The position numbers were made by a program, and so were the translations under genes. A stretch of DNA of 64,000 nucleotides from Octopus vulgaris (Eukaryota), in the NCBI GenBank assembly GCA_951406725.2, contig OX597823.1:49910001-49974000 (forward strand), read 5' to 3'. Positions 24,501 through 38,075 of this stretch are shown here, piece after piece (within the stretch, counting starts at the first letter, position 1; every line of letters begins with the position of its first letter). The notes below the pieces were generated by a model, which was not told the DNA's origin, ran no database searches, and was given only the letters and a program-made list of their open reading frames with translations.

Positions 24501-25231
24501 TATAGTGTGTGTTTACACACACACACACACCTCATTTATGTACGCACTCATACACACACACACACAACAAGCTTCTTTTGGTTTCTATCTTCCACATTCA
24601 CTCACCAGTCTTTGGTAGGCCCAAGGTGCTATGCAATGGGGTTGAACTTAAAATCCTTTTTATTTGGAAAGTAAACTTCTTAATCACACAGCCATATATA
24701 TGTGTGTGTTTGTGTGTAATAGGTGCAGGAAATTGTATAGAAACCTATCAAATGAACTGTATGAGTAATCGAAATGATAGTCTCTTCACACACTTGGCCA
24801 CCCTGATTCCACCTGAGTATTATGTTAAGGGTACATGCATCTGTGTCTGTAGGATGCTCTGCCACTTACATGTTAATTCAAAAGCATCATATCTGGTTGA
24901 TTGAACAACTGAATTCTCATCCATCAAACAATGAAGATCCACCACCTTATATGTTTGTGTGCGTGTGTATTTATATCTTTTATCTTGGATTTGTTTCAGT
25001 CTTTAGACTGTGGCCATGCTGGGGCACCATCTTGAACTTTTTGTCAAATGAATCAACTTCAGTACTTGATTTTTTAAAAACCCTGTACTTACTCTATCAG
25101 TCTCTTTTACCAAACCACTAAGTTATGGGGAGGTAAACACAACCATTAGGTGTCAAGTGGTTATGGGAGACAGACATACAAACACACACAAATGGGCTTC
25201 CTACAGTTTCTGTCAACCATGTTGGATACAT

Positions 25232-25266
<35 letters not shown>

Positions 25267-25776
25267 CACACACACACACACATAAACATACACACACACA
25301 CACACACACATCCAACAATTTACTTTATAAGCCATTTAATTTACCTTATAAACCCTTTTTTCTTTCATGCTGGTATGGATAGAATGAGATGTTATTTCTT
25401 TTCAAATCATTCCTTTTGTATGTTGAATCTTCTCCCCTATGCTTTATTTTCCATTTGTTTCACTCTGTTCATTGATTTCTTTGAACTTGGTAAAGTGCCA
25501 ATTTTTGCAGTGGAAGAGATACAGCCAGTAGATCCAAACCCCAGTGTATTACTGCAATATATTTTATTACCCACATTGGAATATAAATCTAGTTAGACTG
25601 CCATTGCATTTGAAATCAGACAGGCATTTTTAATCTAGTACTTTTTTTTCAGTTTGCCAGCTTGCTGTCATATGCTACAGAAAATATTACATAAATTTTC
25701 CTAAAATAGAAAACTAGTTTTTTTTTCCTTCTGTATTTTAGGCTAGCTTTTGTGTGTGGGTCTCTCTTTCTTTCTT

Positions 25777-25823
<47 letters not shown>

Positions 25824-28137
25824 TATAATAATAATATATAGTTCTTCCATATATTTTCATTCAGCTAGATGAATGTACATTAGATTTAGTCCAAAACTTT
25901 CATCTGACCACCATCAATCAATGCTTCTTATATGATGTCTAGTTAATTTCTGTGACTCATACAGCAGAAATGAAATTTCTTGCAGTATTATCCGGTATCT
26001 TTTAGTAATGTTGGTGTTTAAATCATTTCTTGGTACTAAGCCAAAAACTTGTGCAAAGGATATTCAGAGTTTCTTCTGAATAAGAAAGTAATTAATAAAA
26101 GGGTCTTTTTTTTAAAAATAAATTATAGCCATGTTCGTATTTAGAATTTAATAAAATTAATGAAGAAAAATAAATTAGACAAAGCAGTTACTATGGTCTT
26201 TCCATTCTTAAAACCAAATAAAACATTCTGTTTATTTGTTTAGTGTTTTGAAGCAAAACTTCTCACATGAATGTTTCTTAACCCTTCAGTATTCAGATTT
26301 CTTTGTCAGCTGTAATGCTTTATTTATTCATGTTGTTTTGAATTAATCATGCTTTATCTTGTAGCACTGAGATTTTGATGATGTGATTCTTTGTTTCTAG
26401 AATTGTCTGAAGTTGGATCTGACCAGTTTGAACATAAAACGGATAGAATATTTGGGCCGGATATGGTCAGTTTAAATGCTAAAGAATTAAACCCTTGTAT
26501 CTATTCTGTGTCCCTTTAACAATAATATCCTTTAATCATCTGAGCACTGGACAAAATGCCTACTGAAATTTTTTTCCATCTGTATGTTCTGAGTTTGAAT
26601 TCTCCCTAAGGTCCACTTTGCTTTCATCCTTTCAGATTTGGTAAAATAAGTTCAAGTTGAAAACTGGGATCCATGTAATCAACTTATCCTCCCACTAAAA
26701 TTGCTGGCTACTTGTGCCAAAATTTGGACAATATATTAACAGTTAAGAGGGGTTGCCCTTTCTATTACTAACAATTGAGTTAGAAACACACGTGGTCTGT
26801 TTTTTTTTTTTACAGCTAGACTGGCTGATTTAAACAGAATTATTAGCTTTGTACAAGAGTAATACAAAAGGGTAACATGAAGTTTTATTTTTACTATATA
26901 GTCAAGAGCTTAGCACTTGCTGAGCCACTGCAGTAACCTGCTGGAAATAGCAGCTAAATCTCCCTTAAATTACTTTCTACTGTCTTAAAGAAGAAAGAGC
27001 ACAATGAATTCTAGAGATATGCTTAAATAAAAGAGAGATCTAGAACATCTTTGACTATAGATTGGTTGGACAAGAACTTTTAACAGTTCAACATCATCAT
27101 TTAACATCTGTTTTCCATGCTGGCATGGGTTGGACAGTTTGACTGAAAACTGGTAAGCTGTGGAGCTGCACCAGGTTTCAGTCTGATTTGGCATGGTTTC
27201 TACAGCTGGATGCCCTTCCTAATGCCAACCACTCGAAGTACCCTCTTATATAAGTATCCGCTTGTTACTTATATTACAGTAAATTTCTTTTGTTTGACTA
27301 ATATATGACCAAACCTGGAACCATGTGCAAATTTATTGACCAAAGTATGTGATTAGTCATCAAAATCAAGTCATTGCTCTGTAAAGAGTGCTCTAAAAAG
27401 GAAGTCGATAATTTATCTAAAGCTAAATTGATCTACTAAAAACAATTACTAGGTATTACTTGCAATTTAAGGTAGTAAACACACCTATGTACAACCGTTT
27501 TATTTGCTAGAAATCGCTGCCACATCTTCCATAAATTACATCTCACTGTCTTCAAAAGAAGGCATTCAATAATTTAGCCTAATAAAAAAAAGACTGTTTT
27601 TTTACTGTTTTTATCATAAAATCTGTTCATTCAGGACTAATCTGGGGTGAAGCAAAAACAAAAAATTCTTTGCAGAATTGTGGCAAAGTCTTTGGTTCTA
27701 ATGCATAGAGGTTACTTATTGAATCTAGATAACTTGTTTGTGATAAGCTATTTTCCTGTCTGGTGTCTGAGTAATGTTTTCTGATAATACCTCTTTTCCT
27801 CAGTCTGTTGTCTCTTAATAATTGATGTATAGTGTTGTTCCACTATCATCTTGCCTTTTACATAGATAAACCTCTCCTTAAATTGTATTTTGCAATTAGT
27901 TGTTTCTTCTGTTTGTTGAATTGTGTTTCGCATGAGATTTCTATTTCTCTCTATTAGGTTTCAAAGACGTTAACATGGTTTTTGTTGAAGCTGCCCTTAC
28001 TGATGCAGCTTTTAACTTCATTGCATTCCTCTTAGCTAAAAGTTTTCTTACAAATGGCTTTTCTTTTTTTTTTTTTCTTTTGCCTCAGCTCTTGTTATTT
28101 CTACTATATCCTTTTAGAAGTATTGAATTTGTATTAT

Positions 28138-28324
28138 CTTTTATTTGTTTCAGTCATTAGACTTTGGCTATGCTGGGGTATTGCCTTGAAGAGATTTTAG
28201 TTGAATGAATCAACCCAGTACTTATATTGCTTTGGTGTCTTTTGCTGAACTACTAAGTTACAGGGATGTAAACACACCAACACCAGTTGTCAAGCAGTGG
28301 TGGGGAACAAACATTGACATAAAG

Positions 28325-28371
<47 letters not shown>

Positions 28372-28535
28372 GACACAATGGACTTCTTTCAGTTTCTATC
28401 TACCAAATCTACTCACAAGGCTTCGGTTGACCTGACGCTTTGGTAGAAGACACTTGCCTAAGGTGTCATGCAGTGGGACAGAACCCAGAACCATGTGGTT
28501 GAGAAACAGGGTTCTTACCTCACAGCCATGCCTGA
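28138..28535 (-). mobile_element. SINE family A copy
   Basis: It is a full-length homologue of 24099-24500. Confidence 0.8.
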
Positions 28536-28989
28536 CAGAATATAAATGACTTGTCAAAATATAAATTAATGTAAAGTCTAGCCCAATCTGATTGGCTTTA
28601 TCTTTTTTTTTTCTTTTTGTTTCACAAAGGTCAAGGCTTTCATGCTCAAAAGTTTGTTTCCTGACATGACTGTTGAAGTTACAATTACAACTGCTTCAGC
28701 TGTCTTGAAGTTTGTTTTCATTAGAACTGGTTGTTCTGTTCATCTGCTAATCCTTTTATTCTCACCGCTACCAACTGCCATCTTAGACAGTATGTTTTCT
28801 AACCACTGGTTTCTAGCTCCACCCCTTCACTAATTTTATTCCTAGACTTTGCTTTTATATCTCTGCCAATACACAAACCATTGCACATGTCTGGTTATAT
28901 ATATATACACACATACACACCCTTCTTCACTTTATAGCTTACATATAGCACATGCAGAGTCACTTATAATGTAATGTCTTTTGTTTTTT

Positions 28990-29320
28990 TAATTGTTTCA
29001 GTCATTAGACTGCGGTCATGCTGGGGCACTGCCTTGAATTTTTAGTTGAATAAATTGACCTCAGTGCTTCTTTTTTAAGCCTGGTACCCATTCTATTGTT
29101 CTCCTTTGCCGAATCTCCAAGTTACGGGGATGCAAATACACCAACACCGGTTGTCAAGCAGTGGTGGAGAAACAAGCACAGACACAAAGACATGCACACT
29201 CACACACAACAGGCTTCTTTCAGTTTCTCTCTACCAAATCCACTCAGAAGGCTTTGGTTGGCCTGAGGCTATTGTAGAACACTTGCTTGAGGTGCCACAC
29301 AGTGGGACTGAATTTGGAAA
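28990..29320 (-). mobile_element. SINE family A copy
   Basis: It is a homologue of 24099-24500. Confidence 0.8.
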
Positions 29321-29899
29321 TATGCCTGTTTACTTCAAGCTCTAAATCTTTCATTGTACTTAGATTAAAAGTAGTTATCTTTAAAAATACAATGAAAAGA
29401 AAAAGAAGAAAAAACAATGTACTCTAATGTACCCCTCCTATGTTACTGTCATAGCCAGCTATATTTGAAAATGTGTGCATTGTATTCTGCTCCTCAGTAA
29501 GGTACATTGCTTAATTTACCTGCCTGATGTAGGAATAAACAAAGAGAGAGAGAGGGGGTGGTGGAGAGCAACACATGCTAATTTAACCAGTTAAGTAGTT
29601 AGCCATAGGAGCCAGTGGATATATTTGTGCAGTCAGGTTAAATGCATGCTAATTAGCCATATGTATATACTCATGACCCCTTTTTAATTAGCTTCATGCA
29701 TATTAACAGAAGCTGACGTTTTTTTTAATGGCTAATTATATCTTAACTACTGAATATTTATTTTGTATTCACTATCCAAAATTGTTTTCGACATACTGGT
29801 CCATTGTCTCTCAAGAAATAGTTTGCGAAATGAGCATTGTAATCTCTCTCTCTCTCTCATGTACTTTTACATTACTACATATTCAGTATTCATGTCATA

Positions 29900-30250
29900 C
29901 CTGTGTGTTAAGAAGGTTGCTTCTCAACCACATGGTTCCAGGTTCAGTTCCACTCATGGCACCTTGGGTAAGTGTCTCCTAATATAGCCCATGGCTGACC
30001 AAATCCTTATGAGTGGATTTCGTAGGCAGAAACTGAAAGAAGCCCTTTGTGTGTGTATGTTTCTCCCCCACACCACTTGATGACTAGAATTGGTGTGTTT
30101 ACATCCCTGTAACTTCGCAGTTCAGCAAATGAGTTTAATAGAATAAGTACCAGGTTTTAAAAAAAACTACTGGGGTCAATTCATTCAACTAAAATTCTTT
30201 GAGGCGATGCCCCAGCATGGCCATTGTTTAATAACTGAAACAAGTAAAAC
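29900..30250 (+). mobile_element. SINE family A copy
   Basis: It is a homologue of 24099-24500 in the opposite orientation. Confidence 0.8.
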
Positions 30251-30399
30251 ATATAATATGAAAGACATTGTTAATTAGAAAAAAAATTTTTTGTTAATCC
30301 TCTTACGAGACTCTTAACTAATTAAGAATGTAAAGTTTAATTATAATGCTTCTTTAGATATATTTAATTGAACCCTTGTTAGAGATTTGTTTGTGCAGA

Positions 30400-30531
30400 C
30401 TAGCTGCATTGCTTGCATACATTCAACCATGAGAAACATATTCTTGTGTATAAACTTTAATACATTGGTAATAGCAGAACAAAGTCTGAGGGAAACCAGT
30501 CTCTTGAATTGAAATGGCAGATCTGTTGGAA
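30400..30531 (-). mobile_element. Helitron Pif1-like helicase remnant
   Basis: The reverse strand reads PTDLPFQFKRLVSLRLCSAITN (compare PTDLPFQFKRLQFPVRLAFAMTINK), then VSHG*MYA (compare FSHGQLYVA). Confidence 0.65.
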
Positions 30532-31099
30532 GCTTGTTCAGCTTGTTTTCGGGTTTCTTCCTATTGTCATTCTTGCGTTAAGGAACAGTCCATTCTTCCC
30601 TTGTGTGTTTCACGAGACACTGCTGTCCCAATACCGTTCTTGACTGAAATTTTTCTACTTCTCTTCTTAGACATCAAATATTAGGAAGCATTTAACATGT
30701 TGGAAATTTTACTTGTCTATTAGGTAACAGTTGTGTGGTTGAATGAAAAGAAAATAGATTCCATGCTGTGCTTCAGATTTGTTAATACTGTCCACCCTTT
30801 TAGCATTCAGATCACTGTACCAAATGTAATGATTATTCACATTATTTTGAATTAATCATGCATTATCTTGTAACTTTGAAATTACAATAGTATGATTGTT
30901 TAGTTTTAGAATGACATCTTAAGATAGGTGTGAGAGGCTGGATTTGGTTGTTTTAAATATAAAACAGGTAGAATATTTGAGCTGGATATGGCCAGTTTGA
31001 ATATTGGTAAAGTGAATAAGTGCACTTGTAGTTGTGTGTCTAAGAATATTGCTTCACAACCATGTGTTTCCTAGTTTGGTGCCAGTGCAAGATACCTTC

Positions 31100-31460
31100 A
31101 ACTGTGTGGTAAGAAGTTTGCTTTCCAACCACATGGTTCTAGGTTCAGTTCCACTGTATGACACTTTAGGCAAGCATCTTCTACTATAGACCCAGGCTGA
31201 CCAAAATCTTGTGAGTGGATTTGGTTGACAGAAACTGAAAGAAGCCCATCATGTGTGTGTGTGTGTGTGTGTGTTGCCCACCACCACTTGACAACCAATG
31301 CTGGTTTGTTAACATCCCTGTAACTTAGTGGCTCAGCAAATAAAAGACTGAGAGAATGAGAACTAGGCTTGGAGAAGGGAAAAAAATGTACTGGGGGTAC
31401 TTATGTCTGACTAAGCCCTTCAAGGCTATACCCCAGCATGGCTGCTGTCCAGTGACTAAC
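31100..31460 (+). mobile_element. SINE family A copy
   Basis: It is a homologue of 24099-24500. Confidence 0.8.
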
Positions 31461-31490
31461 AAATTATTAATAAATGACATAAATTGTATG

Positions 31491-31591
<101 letters not shown>

Positions 31592-31600
31592 ACATGCATG

Positions 31601-31938
31601 TGAAGGCTTGTGGCTTAGTGGTTAGGGCATTCAACTCATGATCGTAAGGTCATGAGTTCAATTCCCAGTGATGTGTTGTGTCTTTGAGCAAGACACTTTA
31701 TTTCATGTTGCTTCAGTCCACTCAGCTGGTGAAAATGAGTAATACCTGTATTTCAAAGTGCCAGCCTTGTCACACTCTGTGTCATGCTGATTCTCCCTGA
31801 GAACTACATTAAGGGTATATGTGTCTGTGGAGTGCTCAGCCCCTTGCACATTAATTTCATGAGCAAGCTGTTCTGTTGATCATATCAGCTGGGACCCTTG
31901 TCATCGTAACTGACGGAGTGCTCCTACTATTACTACCT
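31601..31938 (+). mobile_element. tRNA-derived SINE, family B
   Basis: It has an A box (TGGCTTAGTGGTTAG), a B box (GAGTTCAATTCC), a TTGAGCAAGACACTT body and a (TAC)n tail. A second copy lies at about 62896-63205 and a partial copy at about 24780-24940. Confidence 0.8.
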
Positions 31939-32671
31939 ACATGCATGTGTTTATTATTGACTATTTGGGCAGTATTATTTACATCCCATGTAGACATTAG
32001 ATCTTACAGCTTGGTAGTTTGGCATACGAAGACTTGGAAGGATATCCATCTGTAGAATATTGCTATAAGTCAGGCCCAATCCATGCCCAGCATGGAAAAA
32101 GCATAGGTAAAATCTATAAAAATATGATAACAGAAATTTATTTACTTAAATATTTGTAATATATATCATCACCATCATCATCATTTAGTGTCCCCTTTTT
32201 CATACTTGCATTGGTTGGATGGAATTTGAGGTAGATTTTCTACAGATAGAAGCCCTTCTTTAACCCTCACCCGTCTCCATGCAAGGTAATATTTCTCTGC
32301 AGCCAGATGTGTTTCTACAGAACATTTGAAATATATGACAGTTTGTATGACTAACACACATTTACAAATATCACACATTGTCAAGACAAGGAAACACACA
32401 TTCTCATATAAATCTCTCTCTTTATATATATGTGTGTGTGATATATACGATGAACTTCTTTCAGTTTCTGACTACCATATCCACTCACAAGGCTTTCGTC
32501 AAACCAGGGCTGTAGTAGATGCTCAAGGTGACATGCATCAGGACTGAACTTGGAACCATGTAATTGGGAGGTAAACTCCTTACCACTTAACCATACCTAG
32601 CCATGATTGTGCATTTATATATATGGGGTGACTGCACTAAGCAGTGATGTGTTTAAATTCGAACTTGCTTT

Positions 32672-32848
32672 AGGTATATTTGAGCCTGTAAGAAAGCCAT
32701 TCACTATATTTTGTCATAGAGAAAATTTCTCGCTTAGGTGACGGTACTGCAAACTGACTAGGTGTGTTTATGCCTATCTGTCTACAGTGAGAAATTTTCT
32801 CCATGACAAAATATGGTGAATGACTTTCTTATGGGTTTGAATATGCCT
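32672..32848. repeat. Fold-back inverted repeat
   Basis: TAAGAAAGCCATTCACTATATTTTGTCATAGAGAAAATTTCTC pairs with GAGAAATTTTCTCCATGACAAAATATGGTGAATGACTTTCTTA. Confidence 0.85.
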
Positions 32849-33254
32849 CAAACATCTTTGAACTGGTAACAAGTTTTGTATATATTTTATATTGGTTGTT
32901 TTATTTTCATCATTGGAATACAACTATGCTGGAGCACTTCCCTTAGGATGTTTAAATTGATCATATTACTCCTCCAGTACTTATTTTGATCTAATACTAA
33001 TGTTGTTGCTTTCTATTTGTCAAACTGCTAAATCACAGAATACAACTTGGTACAACATAACACAACACTGGTTTTAATTAGTGTGAATTAATGACATAGA
33101 CACAGATTATGTATGACAAGCTTTGGCTCAATTTCTCTCTGTTAAACTCTTCTTAATCATTGGTCATCTTGAGACTACAGTAGAAAGCACTTGCTTTATG
33201 TGTCACCAAATCTGGCACTTTGTGGTTGCGAATATGAACTTCTTAGCTATACAG

Positions 33255-33638
33255 CATCAAGTTGATTACACTGAGCCCAACACTCTACAAGTATTTATTT
33301 TATTGATCCCTGAAAGGATGAAAGGTGAAGTCAACTTTGGCAGAATTTGAACTCGATGTACAAATTGCCATTAAGTATTTTGCCTAGTGTGCTAAGGATT
33401 CTGCCAGCTTACTGCCTTACACTGCAAAATTGGTTTCAAATTTTGGCACAAGGACAGCAATTTCTGGAGAAGGGCTAAGTCGATTACATCAACCCAGTGC
33501 TCAGCTGGTACTCATTTTATTGACCCTGAAATGATGGAAGGTAAAGCCAACCTTGGTGGAATTTGAACTCAGACAGACGAAATGCCACTGAGTGTTTTGC
33601 TCAGCATGCAAACAATTCTGCCAGCTCGCTGCCGCCTT
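33255..33638 (-). mobile_element. Two tandem copies of SINE family C (Meta-domain-like)
   Basis: Each copy has the reverse complement of GGTGAGCTGGCAGAAT..GAGTTCAAATTC..GCCTTTCATCCTTTC.GGGTCAATAAAAT.AGTACCAG. Confidence 0.75.
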
Positions 33639-34543
33639 ACACATCAATACTTAATATCAAAATATTAAAATCCTAATACTGCATGATTATTTTCCAGCTG
33701 TGTTTACACCTGATACCGTTCATAACTTGTGTAATAAACAAACAAAACACACTTGGCAATATCAGGAAATTCGTTTTCTCAAAGAAAAAGAAAAATTTTG
33801 TCTTGACAGAATTTTATGCTCCCCCCACCCTTTCACACTCTCTACTATATTTTTGAAACAATGTCTGCCAGACATTTACCCAGTAGTGGCTCTCCTTCGC
33901 CTGCTCTTAAAGTTAATAATAACAACAATAATAATAATAACAATAATGATATAATTAAACGTTAACTAATTTAAAGTAATCTTTTTTTGGAATCATAGAA
34001 AGGCATCAACATTGTTTTTACCGTTTATTTTTAGAGTTTGCTTTTATTTTAGCTGGATGTGTTTGTAGCTATAGAGCTTATTAAATTGATGTTATGGAAA
34101 AAAACCAGCATCAAGCCATATTCCGAAACATTGTTTAATCAAATTTTCGTATTTTTCCTCTATATTTATTCAATGCTGTCAATAATTACTCGGAGCATGG
34201 GTGTTGGGATTTTGTTCAGTTATGTCAAATGCACCCATTTTAAGTGGCTGTCATTCTATTTGGTTATTGATTTTCTTTGTTAACATCTTCACAGAAATTA
34301 GCTCTGCAATGAAGACACTGTCTACATAAGTTGACTTACATTTCTGATTATCTAGGGCACTCTGCTGTTCAAACAAGTAGACTTGGATTTTCTAAAGCAT
34401 AACTCAACTATAAATATCTTTGGGGAGCCTTCGTCTTTGTGTGTGCGTATGTGTGCATTTATCTTTGCAGTCGTGGTGCATGTGTGTGTGTGTGTGAGAG
34501 AGTTGCATATCCAAATACTCATGTGTGTATGTATTTACGTATG

Positions 34544-34583
<40 letters not shown>

Positions 34584-35485
34584 TGTTTGTATTTTGTTCA
34601 TTGACATAACAATATAAATATATGTTTATACATGTTTGTATTTTGTTCATTGACTTTATATATATATTCATACACACATATATCTACATATGTATATACA
34701 CATATGTATATGTCTGTATGGTTCTATGTGTATGTGTGTGTAATTCTGTTTATATGTATAAATGTACGCGTTGTATAAATTCAGCTACACTTTAATTTGC
34801 CTATTCTCACAAGTGTGATGTAATGGAACTGTAGACAATTTTAATTCTTATATTGTTTTATATATATATATATATATACACACACAGGTACATGCACTCG
34901 TGTATAGAAGTAGAGCTGAAGGAAACTACTTGAGTGCAGTGTTCTGCATTTAAATAGATGTATAATAGGGTCTTACTAATGTAACATTGAGTGTTATGAT
35001 AGTGGAGTGAATCTGGTTTTTCAAGCTATTTGGAGTAAGCAACTGATGTGTTGGTCTTATTGGAATGACTTTCTCATATGTATTGTTTATGTAACCCCAA
35101 AATTTGTCGGCTGATATTTAGTTACCTCCCTTATCTTTGTGTATTGTTTCAACTTTTAATCACCCTTAGATTTTACAGTTCTATATTCAAGAGATGCGGA
35201 ATTATGTACATATTTACATTATTTATCCTTAGATTTTCTTTAATGTTTTAGCATTTAGATTACGCTGTGAAATGTTATGCTTATTTATTCACATTGTTTT
35301 GAATTAGTCATGCATTTTCTTGTAGCTTTGAGATTTCGATGGTGTGACTTTATTTTTAGAATGACATTGTAGGGCAGGTGTGAGAAGCCAGATACAGCCT
35401 CTCACACAGGAAGCATATTTAGGCCAGAAATGACTCGTTTAAATGCAAATGAGTTAATTGTTCAAATGATGTCAGTTTTTCACAT

Positions 35486-36033
35486 GTGGTGGCTGCCCCC
35501 TCGTTATTGAGTATGGCCATTGCACGAAGCTTAATTAATGTTGTTATTGTGCAATGCCTGTGCAAGAAGACTTTTTTTAAAGTGAGGAAAGGCTGTGCAC
35601 TGAGTCAATCCCACTCACTAAGCCACAGCAGCCATAATCCGAAAAGAAGAACAAGTCAACATCATCAGTAACCACTGAGCCGCAGGTTTTATGCCGGAGT
35701 TATCCCAGTTACCTGAGTTACCTTCTCTTAGAAGGATGCCCTAACAAAGGCTAGGATCCCTTCACTCCCAATGGTTTAACCGTGCGATCGGGTATTCAGT
35801 CCGATTATTTCTATGTCCCCGCGCATGATACAGCCTTAAGACATTTATTTGATGGCCATTGACTCTCAAGAGTTCCTCTGCCCTTTGACGGGTTTTGTTT
35901 TTCATCTCGCAGGGTGTCCAATAAACACCCTCCTCACCAAGCAAGCTTGGTGGGGTTGCCGGTTTAGTCGCCGACGACCCGACCATGCAACAGATTGTAC
36001 TGGGTTACATGTTACCAGTAGCACTAGAAAGTG
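35486..36033 (-). mobile_element. GC-rich non-autonomous RTE-derived element (5' UTR-like region joined to an RTE-like 3' end)
   Basis: The reverse strand contains AGCCTTTGTTAGGGCATCCTTCTAAGAGAAGG (RTE 5' UTR-like) and ends GGCCATACTCAATAACGAGGGGGCAGCCACCAC. It has several hairpins and retains CpGs. Confidence 0.5.
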
Positions 36034-36863
36034 ACGTTAAAGATATGTACAGGAGTTGACTAAAATTCTTTAAGATGGTACCCTAGTATGGCTACAGTTC
36101 AATGACTGAAGCAAGTAAAAGATCAGGCGCTTTGGGTCAGTATACAATAGAAGACTGGCAAAATGAAATCATGACCAGCAAACTGGAAATGTAATTTCAA
36201 AGTTGTCACTTGACATAAAAGCTGCTTGTGTGGTAAACCTACTCCCCAGCTGCATTCTGTGGTTGAATAAAAGACAACAGACATACTCAACAAATTATTT
36301 AGTTATAAAATGCAATATTCTATTCCCGATCTCTGTTTTAAATATAGCTTTTACGATTATGGCTTTGCTATTTCACACTGCATAAAAGTTTGAAATTGGG
36401 TACAACTTATGTGACATCCCCACTCTCTCTCTCTGCTCATGTTTGTGCGAATATGTTTGTATATTATATATATATTCTAGTCTTTAATTATTTTTGTTTC
36501 CTTTTATTTGTTATGAAAAATAATAGAATACTGAAGAAATTACCAAATATGGCAAACTTCCAAAGATACAATTTCACAAATCTGTTTAAGCTAGACATGT
36601 TAGCTTGGAGAAAGATATATAAAAACTGTAAATAGTTTGATTTTAAAATTGAGTTGTTATAAAACAACCCCCTTTGTCCATCTCTCACTAAATATGTGTG
36701 TATTGAATCTCTTACATCTTTTGTTTCAGTCTTGTCTGCAGCCATACTGGGGCACCAACATGTATTAAAAAATATCAATCCCAGATCTTTTTTCTTTTTT
36801 AATCCTAGTACATATTCATTTAGTCTCTATTACTGAACTGCTAGTGTGTGTGTGTGTGTGTGT

Positions 36864-37856
36864 TCCTTTACCTGCACCTCTAGTAATGTTGTTTTCTTCA
36901 TCTCTTGCTCTTTCTCTCTGTCCTTCCCTGTACATTGGTCAAACTGTACACCGCATGGCTGACTGGTTTGTGGAGCACTCCCAAGACATCAGACTCAGCA
37001 ATGACACCCCCGTCTTGTGCCACTTCCCCTCTACCAGTCATTCGCTACAACACATGTCTGTGTTTGGACTGTCTCTGCATGGGTCAACCAGACTTCTGGC
37101 TTCCCACACATCTCCCACATTCAACTTCCCCCCTCCACCTACGCACCTGCATACCTCCTACCTGAGTACCCTCACTACTCACACACTACTATACAAACAC
37201 CCATACACACTGTTCAACTCATTACTCACTTCACACACCCACAAACACCTTCCCACTCCACACACACACACACTATTATCCATACATCCACACATAATCT
37301 TCAGTAGCATCACCACACATAACACTATATGAGCAACTACATAAACTGTTTAACTCAGTATACATACCATACACCATGACGTACACTCCCATACTCACAC
37401 AATACATGAACACAGACAATATATACACACACAAGCAACACGCATAAACACATGCAACATGCATAGACAAAGATAACTTTTGCCCACAAACATACACAAA
37501 ACACATGCACACTATTTGGTCACACACATACACATGTGCACACGTCACCTGAACAAGCATACATCAACTGCTACACACAACACACGTATTAGATTCACCC
37601 CCATTCACACATACACACTCGCACACACCACGCTTGCGCACCTTAGTCTGTTGGGTTCACTGTCATCTTACCATGTTGGACTGTTGAACTAAGCACAGTT
37701 TTTCTCTCTCTCCGTTTTTTTCCTCTTAATCCTTTCTGTTGACGAGCGTAAGCTTGAAATGTAAAAGACTTTTCCATTTTCCTGAGCGTTAGACTAATAT
37801 ACCTGCTTGTTGTTCCTACCTCTGTCTTCGTCTTTTGTTTTCTGTATATTTGAACT
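36864..37856 (+). mobile_element. Decayed 5'-truncated PLE: GIY-YIG remnant + CA-rich 3' UTR + variant hammerhead (37732-37767)
   Basis: 36864-37085 translates with one frameshift as SFTCTSSNVVFFISCS/LCPSLYIGQTVHRMADWFVEHSQDIRLSNDTPVLCHF..H. The element ends in the same hammerhead-bearing tail as the 14580 and 16020 copies, and begins right after a (GT)n tract. Confidence 0.8.
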
Positions 37857-38075
37857 ACACATACACTCACACACATTCTGTACTGGAGCTCAGCCAAGTT
37901 TGAATAAAAATACTAGAAGCTGAGTATAGTAATTTAATGCAAGCTGAACAAATTCACTATTAAAATAACTTGGTTTCATTTTTGAAACCTAGAGAAAAGT
38001 TGAGCTTATTTAGATTAGGAAGGAATTGAGAAAAGAGAGCAAGAGAGGTGGGGAGTAACATATGACTGGTTCAAA

